This document shows, in pieces, positions 38,801 to 51,430 of a stretch of DNA of 64,000 nt. Location: assembly GCF_000315625.1 (NCBI RefSeq), contig NW_005434607.1:366220-430219 (forward strand), given 5' to 3'. Position 1 is the stretch's first letter, and every line of letters starts with the position of its first letter. Source of the stretch: Guillardia theta CCMP2712 (taxonomy: Eukaryota; Protista; Cryptophyta). The position numbers and the translations under genes were made by a program. The notes under the pieces were generated by a model. It was given only the letters and a program-made list of their open reading frames with translations. It was not told the DNA's origin and ran no database searches.

Positions 38801-41223
38801 CGACGAGGAGGTGAAAGACTTCGACGTGGCCCCTGCTGCATGCGAGGTGGACGGCAGTCGCTCCTGCTGCATCCTTGAGGTCAACGTTGGCCTTGTGCAG
38901 CAGCAGGAGCTTCACGCACTTGTCGTATCCCATCAAGGAAGCAGACTGCAAGGCTGTCTTCCCGTCCTTGTCAACCGCATCCACCTCCTTCCCAGCTGCC
39001 AGCAGCCTCTCCATCCCCTGGATGTCTCCACTTGCCGCCGCCGACGCCAACGGCGATTCTCTCGTCTCCATGACGTCACCAATGGCCTCGAGCATGCGCG
39101 AGCGCTCGAAGATCTGGTCGGACAACCTCGCCTTCTCCTCTCCTGCCGTCTCGCTGCTGCCTGCCCGCGAGTTAAGGAGAGCGATAATGTGTCTCCCTAC
39201 GACGACGAGGGAGTCCTGGTTGTACCAGTCCCTCTCCCTCACGCAGTGATCGAACTTGTCAGCGCACATGGCAGCGAGGTAGACAGCAAGCTGCATGGCG
39301 CTTGCGTAGTTCTTCTCGTTGTTGAACCAAACATCATCTCTGCTCAGGTAGATCTCCACGACTCTCTCGCAGTCTGCCTGAGTCTGCAGCCGAAGGGAGT
39401 CCACCTGCCCGACTTGGAGCGAGGAGTCTTGGCTGAGAACCTCCTGCATCTTCACCTGCAACATCCTCCTCACGTCCTCCTCAACATTCCTCATCACAGC
39501 GACGTAGAGGTTCTTCCGTCGGGAGATCATGTCTTCGATGGTTGAGCACGACGAGTTCGTGCTGATCTTGGTCGGCACTACCCGAACGAGGAGCTGGACT
39601 ACCTTCCCTTCCTCCAACGCATACTTGACCAGCTCCACCCGCGGCTTCCCCACGACCTCAAGGTACGAGAGGGGAGGATACAAGATCTCGTCCTCTCCTG
39701 GGTACTGTGAGAGAAACCGCAGGGAAGCCCCACGATCGACTGCTCCGCAGGAGATTTCGAAGAGCGTCGGAGCTTGTCCCTTCANNNNNNNNNNNNNNNN
39801 NNNNNNNNNNNNNNNNNNNNNNNNNNNNNNNNNNNNNNNNNNNNNNNNNNNNNNNNNNNNNNNNNNNNNNNNNNNNNNNNNNNNCCGCTGACGATACAGA
39901 AGAGGGTCGTGGGGTACTTGTTGCCTCTCAGCTCCTTCACTGTCTCAGCAGGGAACCCACGTAGGACCGCGTTGTACTTGAGGTACATGGGTCCTGCAAG
40001 AAAAACTCTATCACGATCTGGGAGATTGCGGCGTAGGGAGGAGGGAAGTGGGAGGAGGGATGGGGGGGGAGGAGAAGTGAGCAAGGGGATGGGTGAGGGG
40101 GTGGGGCATGAAGGGAGAGCCAAGTAGGAGAAGTGGAGGAGGACGATGGGGAAGAGGACGAGGACGAGTACGCGTAGGAGTAAGCATCTTACCAGTATAG
40201 AGGATGAGAGCAATTATCTCTTCCTTTCTCAGTTTTGCCCTCACCACCGCCTCCTGGCCCATCAGCTGCTCTACACTCCTCACGATCCTCTTCCCCTGGC
40301 ACGCCTTGACTCGCTCCTCCTCCTCTGTGACCACCCTCCACTCCTGAGCAGGAGAGGTCTCGAGCAGGTAGTTGGGCGTCCTGAATGTGTCCCTCGAGTC
40401 TGCCCTCTCGCAGTGCTCCTGCTGCATCCCATCGTAGAAGTTGAGCATGGGATACCCTATCCTCTCCAGCAGCCCCTTGTGGAACTCCTCCAGTTTCCCG
40501 AACTCTGCGACACAGAACTTGTCGTTGATCGGCTCGCTGGCGCCCTCAAGGAGGCGGGAGGCTTCCTCCTCGGCCTGCAGGAGGTTCTTCAAGCTCAAGA
40601 AGCTCTCCGCCAGCCTCGACGCCACGACACCCTGGCACCACATCGCCACGTCCTCCAAGGATGAGCTCTGCAGGAACTGTAAGGGGTTGTCAGGGGATCC
40701 TTCGGGGATGCACTCGGCCAAGGTCCTGATGACGTCAGCTTGCGAGGACTTCGCCAGGAAGCTCTGCTTGCTCAGCACCTCCCACTCCCTACAGATTGAT
40801 CCACAGAACTCCTCGAACGTAGACGACGAACGTCGCCTGTCCACAAACACATCCGAGCTCAGCCCGAGCTGCATCGGGATCTCTCCGCATTCTTCGTGGA
40901 AAACTCCGAGGTCGTTGGCGATCGCGGAAGGGGAAGGAGAGGAGGAGGTCGTATCAAAGAAAGCACGCAAGCGCACAGCTTGCTCAGGGCTCAGCTTCCA
41001 AGCACTGCCCCCCTTCATCTCGTGCCTCTTGGAGGGGGCTTCTGAACTCGTCACTGAAAACTTCCCATGGCGCCCCTTGTCGAATTCGTCCACCTGGCGG
41101 TTTCATGTCAAATCACCCAAACACTCGAAATTGCTCCACCTTGCTCGCCGTGCTGTTGGGAGCTTTGGTAACATTCGCATCTTGATCTGGAATAATCGAT
41201 TGGACCGATGATCCACAGCCCAT
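35861..41223 (-). CDS. Probably N-acylated ADP-ribosyltransferase-like + ankyrin-repeat protein
   Basis: Start MGCGSS at 41223. ART-like motifs LILYTG/PMYLKYNAVLRG, GNKYPTTL and SQYPGEDEILYPPLSYLEV (ExE). More than 20 ankyrin repeats (D..GKTCAHWAA). Two gaps interrupt the gene. Confidence 0.8.
36049..38170. repeat. Near-identical internal duplication of an ankyrin block (36049-36650 vs 37541-38140)
   Basis: Nucleotide-level near identity on either side of an N-gap. Confidence 0.8.
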
Positions 41224-42229
41224 CGTCTCTCCCCGCCTCCCAGCGCAGTGCCTGTCAAAGAGCAACTCTTGAATGCAGTTTCGTTGCAAACACCCAACAA
41301 TGACCACAGAAACGAGCGCGAGAAGCAAAACAAACAAAGGTAGAAGGCGGTTCAAACTCTAAAAGGCGGATCAAAATCATGCCTTCTCATACCCTTCAAC
41401 TTCCCTAAAGCCTGATCCAACTCAACTCCTTCTGGTATGCAAATCATGACAACTCCCTGGCAACAACCCAGAAAGTTGCTCGCTCCGTTACAGTCATTGA
41501 CCTACAACTTAAACTTTTCTTGTCCTGACCAACCTCCAACATGATATCTCATCCTCTCCGTCCCTCTGCTCTCCTCGCACTTTCCCTCCCTCCTTCCCCC
41601 CTCCACTCCCTGCCTGCTTCCTCCCCTGCTTCCGCCCATTCCCCGACAAACTGCCAATCCAAAAAGATGACTGTGTGTCTGCATGCGTCATGCGTTGCAA
41701 CGTATGTACGGGTATATTGCTTGAAAATAGGGGGTACTTTGAGTGAAACAAGGCAAATATGCCATGGCAACACCGAGCCATCTGGGAAATAACTACTCTG
41801 CTATCCCACCCCCATCAAATCACCTCTACCCCTAGTAAAGCAATCATTTCAAGGGGTGAAAGACATGTACAACACATAGAGGATAGGGGGTGGGGTACAG
41901 GCGGGCAAGGGGTGGTGCATAGCCCCATAGCGCCATAACGGGAGCCTGACGATGCACGGGGGAGGAACTCCCAATAAAAGGGTCTAGTACCGGTATTTTT
42001 GTATGATATTTTGGGGGTACCTTTTCAGGAGGGGTGGGTGAGTTTGCAGGAAATCGCAATGGCAGCAAGGCGGCGACCAGGTTTAAGGATGATTAATTCA
42101 GCCTGTGCAATGATGACAATCGTGAAACCACCATAGCCTATCAGGAAATTGTAAAATCTATATCATGGTATCAATCATTTGAATTGCATCGTAGCAGTGT
42201 TTAATATTTTCCACAATACGTACTTTTTT

Positions 42230-43880
42230 CTACTTGCAGCCAGCAATGCTACGCAATCCCCGGAACCGTTGCATATTACCTGTTAATCCTTCATCCCATT
42301 GCCCTGATTTTGCATATACTCGCTTTCGATTGTTCTTCTGCGTACTATTGTGTGGCTCCACGTCATTATCAGATCCATCCCGTGCATTGAAAGCTTCACG
42401 GTCGTGCGGTTTGCTCAGGACAATTCGCTTCTTCGAATGCTCGTATACAAAAGGCAGGTTTGGATCCACCTTTTTAGATAATTCTATGCATGCCTGATTG
42501 AATTTTCTCAGAAAATCCTTCTTGTTCAGATGGCCGATCAAGGACCACAGATTCTCTACACTATCCGTCCAGAGAGTTCGTGAATTGAAGTCATAGTCTC
42601 TATCACCCAGCGCATGATTCTTATCCCTCACATACTGTTGTACTTGCAGATGAGTATCAATTGCAACTATGAAGCCTTCAAATGTTACAGATGATAGTCC
42701 CTTGACATGTTTTTGGCTGACACTGGTCCAGTCGATGCCTTCCAATAGCCATCTTCGACCCTCTTGAACGAGACGTATCCTCTCTGAAACTTTCAGCCCT
42801 CTTTCATCGAATGCTTTGTGCAGGCCAGACATAGCCTCTGCCATTCTTGCTGTCGCTTCATGTCCTTCTGCCTTTAGTAGACTGATGGCCTTGTCACTGA
42901 ACATCTTCAGCATGATATCCACCGATTGTGGATCGGCGGTCCCGTCGACTTCCATCTGAGTCATCCAAGCAGGATTCTTCTTGGCGATATCACTGTAAGC
43001 TTTATGCCATATCTGGGCTTCCGTAGAAGACGATTGAGACTTCCCTGATCCAATGGAATGCCTGACATTCTTCAACAAGTGATTGATGCACGGCGAGAAA
43101 AACAACAACTTGTTCGTAATTGGAGAGAGGACGGGATTGGATAACCATTCGTCGAATTTAAAGCGGATCTTGTGTTCATCAAAGTCATTTAGTCCATCAG
43201 CTATTCTTCGCTCCATCTCCCAAGGAGTGAATGTTTCCCCCCCCTCTTCATTGTGCTTGGCCAATGAAAGAACTTCTTCATATCCGTACCGTCTGCAAAA
43301 TATTTGAAACCTGCAAAACATCTCTTTCAGGGTCGCTCTGGGCCTCTTCCTCGTGTGGCATCGTAGCGTCTTCTCCTTCTGAACTTGCCATATGGCCTGG
43401 TTCTGTCGTAACTGCAAAACAAACTGTTTAATTTCTCTCATCTCAGCAACATCCATGTGTACAATTCCTTGCTGAGGTGTGATGGGCAATGACGACAAAT
43501 CATCACCATCGTACTCATCTGGATGGTCCAATGTGCACTCACTCTCAATGTCGTGCTCTGAAATTGGAGGTTCGAACTTGAATATCCCCGAAATGTATGC
43601 TGAAATAGATGTACATAAATGTCTATATTCCATACTGGTTGCAGTCTTGTTAATGGCTTTCACTTCCTGAATGAATGTACTTGGCTTGTCTTGGTAGAAA
43701 TAACGATATATACAGGCGAACTCCCCATCGAAAGACCACACATTGAAGTTCACGCCTCTCTTCCAAGCTTCATTGGTGACAGCTAAAAAAATATCCTTTC
43801 CATCTTTGGAACACAAACTTTTATGGGCAAAGCCGATGTAAACAGGCGCAGGAGGCATATGCTTTTGTCCACGATGCTGA
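42230..43880 (-). mobile_element. P-element/THAP9-like DDE transposase, 5'-truncated, intronless ORF
   Basis: SFDGE (second D); CINHLLKNVRHSI (cf. DxxHLxKxxRN); DPQSVDIMLKMFS (cf. KMxVxxAxxxFS); LWTDSVENLWSLI (cf. LxQDxLENxF). Confidence 0.7.
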
Positions 43881-44065
43881 TAGAAATGTCCATCCGAGAA
43901 GCAGACTACTGATCGGAGCTATACTCTCACCTCAGACAATGCCAAGCAGTTGATGTGTGCTGGAAGGTATTCATGGAGAGGACAGTAACCGCTTGTAGCC
44001 GCTAGAGCTACTACACGTGTGCGGCCGCTACTACAAGCTCTCCACTCTATCAGCCTACATCAACG

Positions 44066-46247
44066 TCACAGATTCCAGTCCCTCATCCTCTGTGGTGTCG
44101 CCTCATCGCCTCCCTCCAGTTGCTCTTCACTCTGAGACCGTGCCTTGTCTACGAGCTGGATGCTGATCTCCGCTCCCTTTAGCCATGCCACGTCTTTCTT
44201 GGACAAGAACATCGCGTGCTGAGTAACGTTTTCCATCTGCTGCTTCTCCATCTCACTTGCTGTCTTGTCGTTGGTGAAAACCTGAGCTCCTCTCCAACGT
44301 GCTTTCCCCTCAAGCTCTGAGGGTAGAACAAACACAAGGCACACCCTCTCAAACTTGTTCTTGGCTCGTAGAGCTGTCAACATCCTACACAGTGGTCCAA
44401 GCTTGATCGGGTGTTTTCCTGCTATCGTCATCTGGAACATGTAGAGGACCTCCTGATCTGACAATAAAAGCGCATCTACGCAAGGGAAGTTCGATGCCTT
44501 GGGGTGGCTTGCAATATGTGTTCTCCATGATCTTCCACTCGTTGAGTCCTGTTGTAGAGAACTCAAAGTATGCCTGCGACTTCTTCATACGCAAATCTAT
44601 CTCTTCCCTTGCCCCTTCATCATCCTCACCCGACCCTAGACTGCGCAATCTGTATCTCCCTCCTTTCTTCAGCACCTCATGTGCCAAGCATTCAAAAACT
44701 AGAGCTGCCGCCCCATATCACCCAGAATCAGAGCCTGAGAAGGCAAGGTCTACAAGCCTATCCCTGTCTGTTTTGACAAGTCGGGCAAAGATCTTCTCCG
44801 CGGCTTTCTGCGAGCATGCTCGAGCGCTGATAGTCTTGTAGTCTGAGCTTGGGACCAGGTGAATCAGTCTCGATGGCATTCCCAGGTCTTCGTTCACTGC
44901 TGCTTGCATCTTTTCCTGTAGCGACGACAGTGAGGTTATCGTCTGTATCGCCTGCTCAAGTGTCCCTACAGGCCTCAATATGACATTCCTCGGTACGTTC
45001 CCCCAATCCTCGACGATATTCCTTGCTTCTTCTTCGTTCACGCGACCCCCTTGCATCTTGATGAAGATTGACATCTCCTCATCAGTCCATGTTGGCAGAA
45101 AGTATCGCCCCGCCCCATTGTTCAGAATGTCCTTGAACCCTCCAAGCTTGGGTGAAGACAGTATGATTGTCTTCGCCAAACTTGCTATCACGTAGCTCCC
45201 CAGGCCTTTGTACAGGTCACAGATGTACCACCCCCGGAAATTGATGAGAAAGTTTACAACGACGGTCACATCTCCAAACTTACTCCATTCTGCCCCATCA
45301 AAGTACCAGTAATTGGTTCCTACCTGATAGACTACTTCCTCATCAGAGCCGAGAAGCTGAAGAAGAAAGAAGTAGGCAAAGCATGACTTCCCTATCCCTG
45401 GACTCCCTGTGAGGATGACCTGCCCATTCTTCGGCGTCTCCGTGTCCAAGCGGAAGTACTCTGCAATCACCTGCTTCATCTCCAAGTAGCAATCTCGAAG
45501 GAACAGCTGATTTCCGAAAACCTCATTCCCTCCCAAGAAGGTCGAGAAGCTCACAATCTCTTGAGCTGAGTAAGTCTTGCCCGCCCTCGCAACCTGGCAA
45601 AGCTCGTTCAAGAAGGACAGGAACATGTCGCCTATCAGCCCCGTCAGCGCCTTCAGTCGTCAAACTTGTGCACTGCTAGCATTACCTTGAGGTTTTGACA
45701 GGAAGTCTTCAGGCTTCTTTGAACCTTGAGTCTTCTTCTTCTCGATCAGGAGTAGATCGCGAAGCTGCTCCTCTTTCTTTAGAAGTCGATCCTTTTCCTT
45801 GCGGAGCTGCTCCTCTTTCGTTCGGAGCTGCTCCTCTTTCTTGCGCCAGTATTGCCGCTCGTCCTTGTCAGTGTCTGGATCGAGTGCACGTTTCTCTGCC
45901 TCTCTGATCTGTCGGCTGACCTGATCTATCTCCTCCTCCACCCTAGCAATCTGCGCGCCTAAAGAGATCATCTCCTCACGATAGTCTCCTTCTTGCTGCA
46001 TCATGGACATCTTCATCCTCCCGGGCACTCCCTTTCTCCTACGCTCTGCACACTCCAGCGCGTTGAGACTAGAAGCGCGACGTATGCATGTACCGGCTTC
46101 ATTGCCTTTGCGCATGCGCATGTAGCTCGTGACAGCAGTCCTCCTCGGCCGGATGCATACATCGAGTGCGCAGGGGCAGAAGGCATGGATGGCAGGAAGG
46201 AGCATAAGGGCGGTGAGAGGCAGAGAGGGGCCACCGGTTCCTACCAT
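44066..46247 (-). pseudogene. Crinkler (CRN)-like P-loop NTPase + PD-(D/E)xK REase protein, copy 1
   Basis: FLRDCY; Walker A ILTGSPGIGKS; IILSSP; YFLPTW; WGNVPR; NFPCVDA..FQMTIAGKHPI. In-frame TGA at 44718-44720 and a 4-nt insertion near 44503. Intron ~45632-45685. Confidence 0.8.
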
Positions 46248-46404
46248 GGCGGGAGGTGCGCGATTGGGTAAGAGGAGTGTAGTACCCACCCTTACCTCTA
46301 CGAAAGTCTGATTGTGTACCCCTATTACCCCGTAGTTTCGGTAGCCCCACCACCCCCTCGAGTCCTCCGAAGCTCCAGAAGGCTGAGTAGTTGAGTAATC
46401 CCTA

Positions 46405-47200
46405 GCTACCGGGAAAGGGCGACATAGACGTGTGGGTTTCCAGGTGAAGTCGACTGCCTGCGACAGTCAGCGATCGGACTGCCCGTGAGACTTGTTGATG
46501 GTGAACGCCAAGGACAGAAGAAAGGGGACTGAATTGGATCTGTGGCAACATGTCATGATAGTTGCCTCCGCCATGTTGCGATAGCTGAAGCCGGGTTCCA
46601 TTACACAATTTGGGAGGTGACTAGCAGGATGGGAGCAGCGACCTTGAGCGAGAGCTCATGAGGAGGGAAACCACCCGGGCTGAGAGAGTCGGAGAAATTC
46701 CACAATGGGGAACTGGACTACTTCTTCCTGATCCATGACCGTGTATCAATTGAATGATACGTTCTAGGCGGAGTGGGAAGTCGTTGAAGGATTGCCGGGC
46801 TTACCTTAGGTGCGGCATTGTTGATCGGGCACTGAAAGGATTTCTTGCAGTGACAACGATGCCAAGCTCTGCACATTGTGTAGGAGATCAGGGAAGACTT
46901 TTTCGACCAGTTCCTGTTGAGAATTGACCGAAGAACAAACATTTGGAGCAAGATCAATCATGCTGTCAACCCGGGGTCGGGAGTAGATCCTCACCGACCA
47001 TCAGTAGCCTGATCGCAAGCTCTTGTGCGTATACTTCCCCACTGAACGCAGCACGCATGTTTCTTCTGAGACTGAGGGGTTGAGCTCTGGTCCACAAAGA
47101 CGAAGACTTGATTGACGCCTCAATCTCCGGTTTGACGAAAGTCACCTGCCCAAACAGCTAACACTCGGCCCATGGAGACATCAAGTTGTTTGTTGAGACT
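46405..47200 (-). mobile_element. Helitron RepHel (Pif1 helicase) remnant, copy 1
   Basis: Frameshifted pieces in Pif1 order: AGDFRQ, ASIKSSSLW..LRRNMR, LLMVGE, ELVEKVFPDL, ILQRLP..RTYHSIDT, PGGFPPHELSLKV, CNGTRL, YVALSR. Confidence 0.8.
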
Positions 47201-47249
47201 ACTGATCGGAGCTATATTCTTTCCTCAGCCTATGGCAAGCAGCTGATGT

Positions 47250-47521
47250 GGCTCGTTGCACAGGTGCTGGAAGGTTCATGGAGAGGACAGCAGCCGCTGT
47301 GATAGGGGTTACCCGGAAGAAGAGCGACGGTGTGATGCAGGCCCACGAGGGCAAGACAAGTCTATCCATGCCAGAGTATAAAGCACTCCTCAACATCTTG
47401 AAGGAGGTGAGACCTCGCAGAGGAAGTTGAGAGTCCGGCAGCTCCTTTGATTTTCTCTTGGGCATGCTGTTCTGTCATGTGGAACCAGGTATGCAGAAGC
47501 GAGAGTCTAGCCTCGGACATT
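47250..47521 (+). mobile_element. Crypton-like tyrosine recombinase remnant, copy 1 (copy 2 at ~51480-51751)
   Basis: RKKSDGVMQAHEGKTSLSMPEYKALL..MWNQVCRSESLA resembles the Crypton pattern EGK.p..f..Y..L..WNlm.Rs.s. It is cut off by a microsatellite. Confidence 0.45.
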
Positions 47522-47523
47522 TC

Positions 47524-47569
47524 AGATGATGATAATGATGATAATGATGATGACGATGATGATGGTGAA

Positions 47570-47603
<34 letters not shown>

Positions 47604-47683
47604 TTGTTGTTGAAGATGATGATGGTGATGATGATGTTGTTGTTGTTGAAGATGATGATGGTGATGATGAGGAGGAGGACGAT

Positions 47684-47715
<32 letters not shown>

Positions 47716-47930
47716 TGATGACGATGCAGATGATAATGAAGAAGAAGAAGAAGAAGAAGAAGAAGAAGAAGAAGAAGAAGAAGAAGATGGAAATGACGAT
47801 GTTGGTAGTAATTAGCCCGATGATGATGATGATGATGATGACGGAGGTAATCGAGGTAATGAAGGAGAACACGAAGAAGAAGAAGAAGAAGAAGAAGATG
47901 GAGATGATGGCGATGCAAGTGATGATTGAT
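47524..47930. repeat. Compound (GAT)n/(GTT)n/(GAC)n/(GAA)n microsatellite (copy 2 at 51754-52260, longer)
   Basis: Directly visible. Confidence 0.95.
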
Positions 47931-48299
47931 GTATCTTGGTCATGTTTTCGCGGCGGAGCGCCAAGTTTCGCTCTGCGTCGCTGTTCAATATGGATGGACG
48001 GCCTTGTGAGAGTGTGCATGTACTGGGCATCATCCATTCTCTCAGTCCACGTTTGTCTCGAGGAGTTGTATCGAATGATCTAGATCATTATGTTGTCCGT
48101 CGAACGATGCAATCTCTGTCCCAACACGAAGCTTCATACAGATACATATATTGGTTACCCGAGCTACAGTGCTCGTCACCGTGACTGCCGCCATGGATCT
48201 CACCCATGACCACATGAGCCGTCCATCCTCTGTAGCCGCTAGAGCTACTACAAGCTCTCCACTCTATCAGCCTACATCAACGTCACAGATTCCAGTCCC

Positions 48300-50447
48300 T
48301 TATGGTGTCGCCTCATCGCCTCCCTCCAGTTGCTCTTCACTCTGAGACCGTGCCTTGTCTACGAGCTGGATGCTGATCTCCGCTCCTTTTAGCCATGCCA
48401 CGTCTTTCTTGGACAAGAACATCGCGTGCTGAGTAACGTTTTCCATCTGCTGCTTCTCCATCTCACTTGCTGTCTTGTCGTTGGTGAAAACCTGAGCTCC
48501 TCTCCAACGTGCTTTCCCCTCAAGCTCTGAGGGTAGAACAAACACAAGGCACACCCTCTCAAACTTGTTCTTGGCTCGTAGAGCTGTCAACATCCTACAC
48601 AGTGGTCCAAGCTTGATCGGGTGTTTTCCTGCTATCGTCATCTGGAACATGTAGAGGACCTCCTGATCTGACAATAAAAGCGCATCCACACAAGGGAAGT
48701 TCGATGCCTTGGGCTTGCAATATGTGTTCTCCATGATCTTCCACTCGTTGAGTCCTGTTGTAGAGAACTCAAACTATGCCTGCGACTTCTTCATACGCAA
48801 ATCTATCTCTTCCCTTGCCCCTTCATCATCCTCACCCGACCCTAGACTGCGCAATCTGTATCTCCCTCCTTTCTTCAGCACCTCATGTGCCAAGCATTCA
48901 AAAACTAGAGCTGCCGCCCCATATCACCCAGAATCAGAGCCTGAGAAGGCAAGGTCTACAAGCCTATCCCGGTCTGTTTTGACAAGTCGGGCAAAGATCT
49001 TCTCCGCGGCTTTCTGCGAGCATGCTCGAGCGCTGATAGTCTTGTAGTCTGAGCTTGGGACCAGGTGAATCAGTCTCGATGGCATTCCCAGGTCTTCGTT
49101 CACTGCTGCTTGCATCTTTTCCTGTAGCGACGACAGTGAGGTTATCGTCTGTATCGCCTGCTCAAGTGTCCCTATAGGCCTCAATATGACATTCCTCGGT
49201 ACGTTCCCCCAATCCTCGACGATATTCCTTGCTTCTTCTTCGTTCACGCGACCCCCTTGCATCTTGATGAAGATTGACATCTCCTCATCAGTCCATGTTG
49301 GCAGAAAGTATCGCCCCGCCCCATTGTTCAGAATGTCCTTGAACCCTCCAAGCTTGGGTGAAGACAGTATGATTGTCTTCGCCAAAATTGCTATCACGTA
49401 GCTCCCCAGGCCTTTGTACAGGTCACAGATGTACCACCCCCGGAAATTGATGAGAAAGTTTACAACGACGGTCACATCTCCAAACTTACTCCATTCTGCC
49501 CCATCAAAGTACCAGTAATTGGTTCCTACCTGATAGACTACTTCCTCATCAGAGCCGAGAAGCTGAAGAAGAAAGAAGTAGGCAAAGCATGACTTCCCTA
49601 TCCCTGGACTCCCTGTGAGGATGACCTGCCCATTCTTCGGCGTCTCCGTGTCCAAGCGGAAGTACTCTGCAATCACCTGCTTCATCTCCAAGTAGCAATC
49701 TCGAAGGAACAGCTGATTTCCGAAAACCTCATTCCCTCCCAAGAAGGTCGAGAAGCTCACAATCTCTTGAGCTGAGTAAGTCTTGCCCGCCCTCGCAACC
49801 TGGCAAAGCTCGTTCAAGAAGGACAGGAACATGTCGCCTATCAGCCCCGTCAGCGCCTTCAGTCGTCAAACTTGTGCACTGCTAGCATTACCTTGAGGTT
49901 TTGACAGGAAGTCTTCAGGCTTCTTTGAACCTTGAGTCTTCTTCTTCTCGATCAGGAGTAGATCGCGAAGCTGCTCCTCTTTCTTTAGAAGTCGATCCTC
50001 TTTCTTTAGAAGTCGATCCTTTTCCTTGCGGAGCTGCTCCTCTTTCTTGCGCCAGTATTGCCGCTCGTCCTTGTCAGTGTCTGGATCGAGTGCACGTTTC
50101 TCTGCCTCTCTGATCTGTCGGCTGNNNNNNNNNNNNNNNNNNNNNNNNNNNNNNNNNNNNNNNNNNNNNNNNNNNNNNNNNNNNNNNNNNNNNNNNNNNN
50201 NNNNNNNNNNNNNNNNNNNNNNNNNNNNNNNNNNNNNNNNNNNNNNNNNNNNNNNNNNNNNNNNNNNNNNNNNNNNNNNNNNNNNNNNNNNNNNNNNNNN
50301 NNNNNNNNNNNNNNNNNNCATGTAGCTCGTGACAGCAGTCCTCCTCGGCCGGATGCATACATCGAGTGCGCAGGGGCAGAAGGCATGGATGGCAGGAAGG
50401 AGCATAAGGGCGGTGAGAGGCAGAGAGGGGCCACCGGTTCCTACCAT
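48300..50447 (-). pseudogene. Crinkler (CRN)-like NTPase + REase protein, copy 2
   Basis: Near-identical to copy 1. It shares the in-frame TGA (48924-48926), but the REase frame YCKPKASNFPCVDA is intact. An N-gap lies in the 5' part. Confidence 0.8.
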
Positions 50448-50614
50448 GGCGGGAGGTGCGCGATTGGGTAAGAGGAGTGTAGTACCCACCCTTACCTCTA
50501 CGAAAGGCTCCATCCCTCTGATTGTGTACCCCTATTACCCCGTAGTTTCGGTAGCCCCACCACCCCCTCGAGTCCTCCGAAGCTCCAGAAGGCTGAGTAG
50601 TTGAGTAATCCCTA

Positions 50615-51430
50615 GCTACCGGGAAAGGGCGACATAGAAATGTCCATGCGAGAAGCACCGTGTGGGTTTCAAGGTGAAGTCGACTGCCTGCGACAGTCAG
50701 CGATCGGACTGCCCGTGAGACTTGTTGATGGTGAACGCCAAGGACAGAAGAAAGGGGACTGAATTGGATCTGTGGCAACATGTCATGATAGTTGCCTCCG
50801 CCATGTTGCGATAGCTGAAGCCGGGTTCCATTACACAATTTGGGAGGTGACTAGCAGGATGGGAGCAGCGACCTTGAGCGAGAGCTCATGAGGAGGGAAA
50901 CCACCCGGGCTGAGAGAGTCGGAGAAATTCCACAATGGGGAACTGGACTACTTCTTCCTGATCCATGACCGTGTATCAATTGAATGATACGTTCTAGGCG
51001 GAGTGGGAAGTCGTTGAAGGATTGCCGGGCTTACCTTAGGTGCGGCATTGTTGATCGGGCACTGAAAGGATTTCTTGCAGTGACAACGATGCCAAGCTCT
51101 GCACATTGTGTAGGAGATCAGGGAAGACTTTTTCGACCAGTTCCTGTTGAGAATTGACCGAAGAACAAACATTTGGAGCAAGATCAATCATGCTGTCAAC
51201 CCGGGGTCGGGAGTAGATCCTCACCGACCATCAGTAGCCTGATCGCAAGCTCTTGTGCGTATACTTCCCCACTGAACGCAGCACGCATGTTTCTTCTGAG
51301 ACTGAGGGGTTGAGCTCTGGTCCACAAAGACGAAGACTTGATTGACGCCTCAATCTCCGGTTTGACGAAAGTCACCTGCCCAAACAGCTAACACTCGGCC
51401 CATGGAGACATCAAGTTGTTTGTTGAGACT
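50615..51430 (-). mobile_element. Helitron RepHel (Pif1 helicase) remnant, copy 2
   Basis: Same as copy 1 but keeps CFSHGHFYVALSR (Pif1 FSHGQLYVALSR motif) at ~50618-50660. Confidence 0.8.

Noticed and set aside
47447-48083. Poly-Asp/Met/His/Ile ORFs (also 51677-52415 and 29269-30401)
   Set aside because: Translations of trinucleotide microsatellites that are open in several frames.
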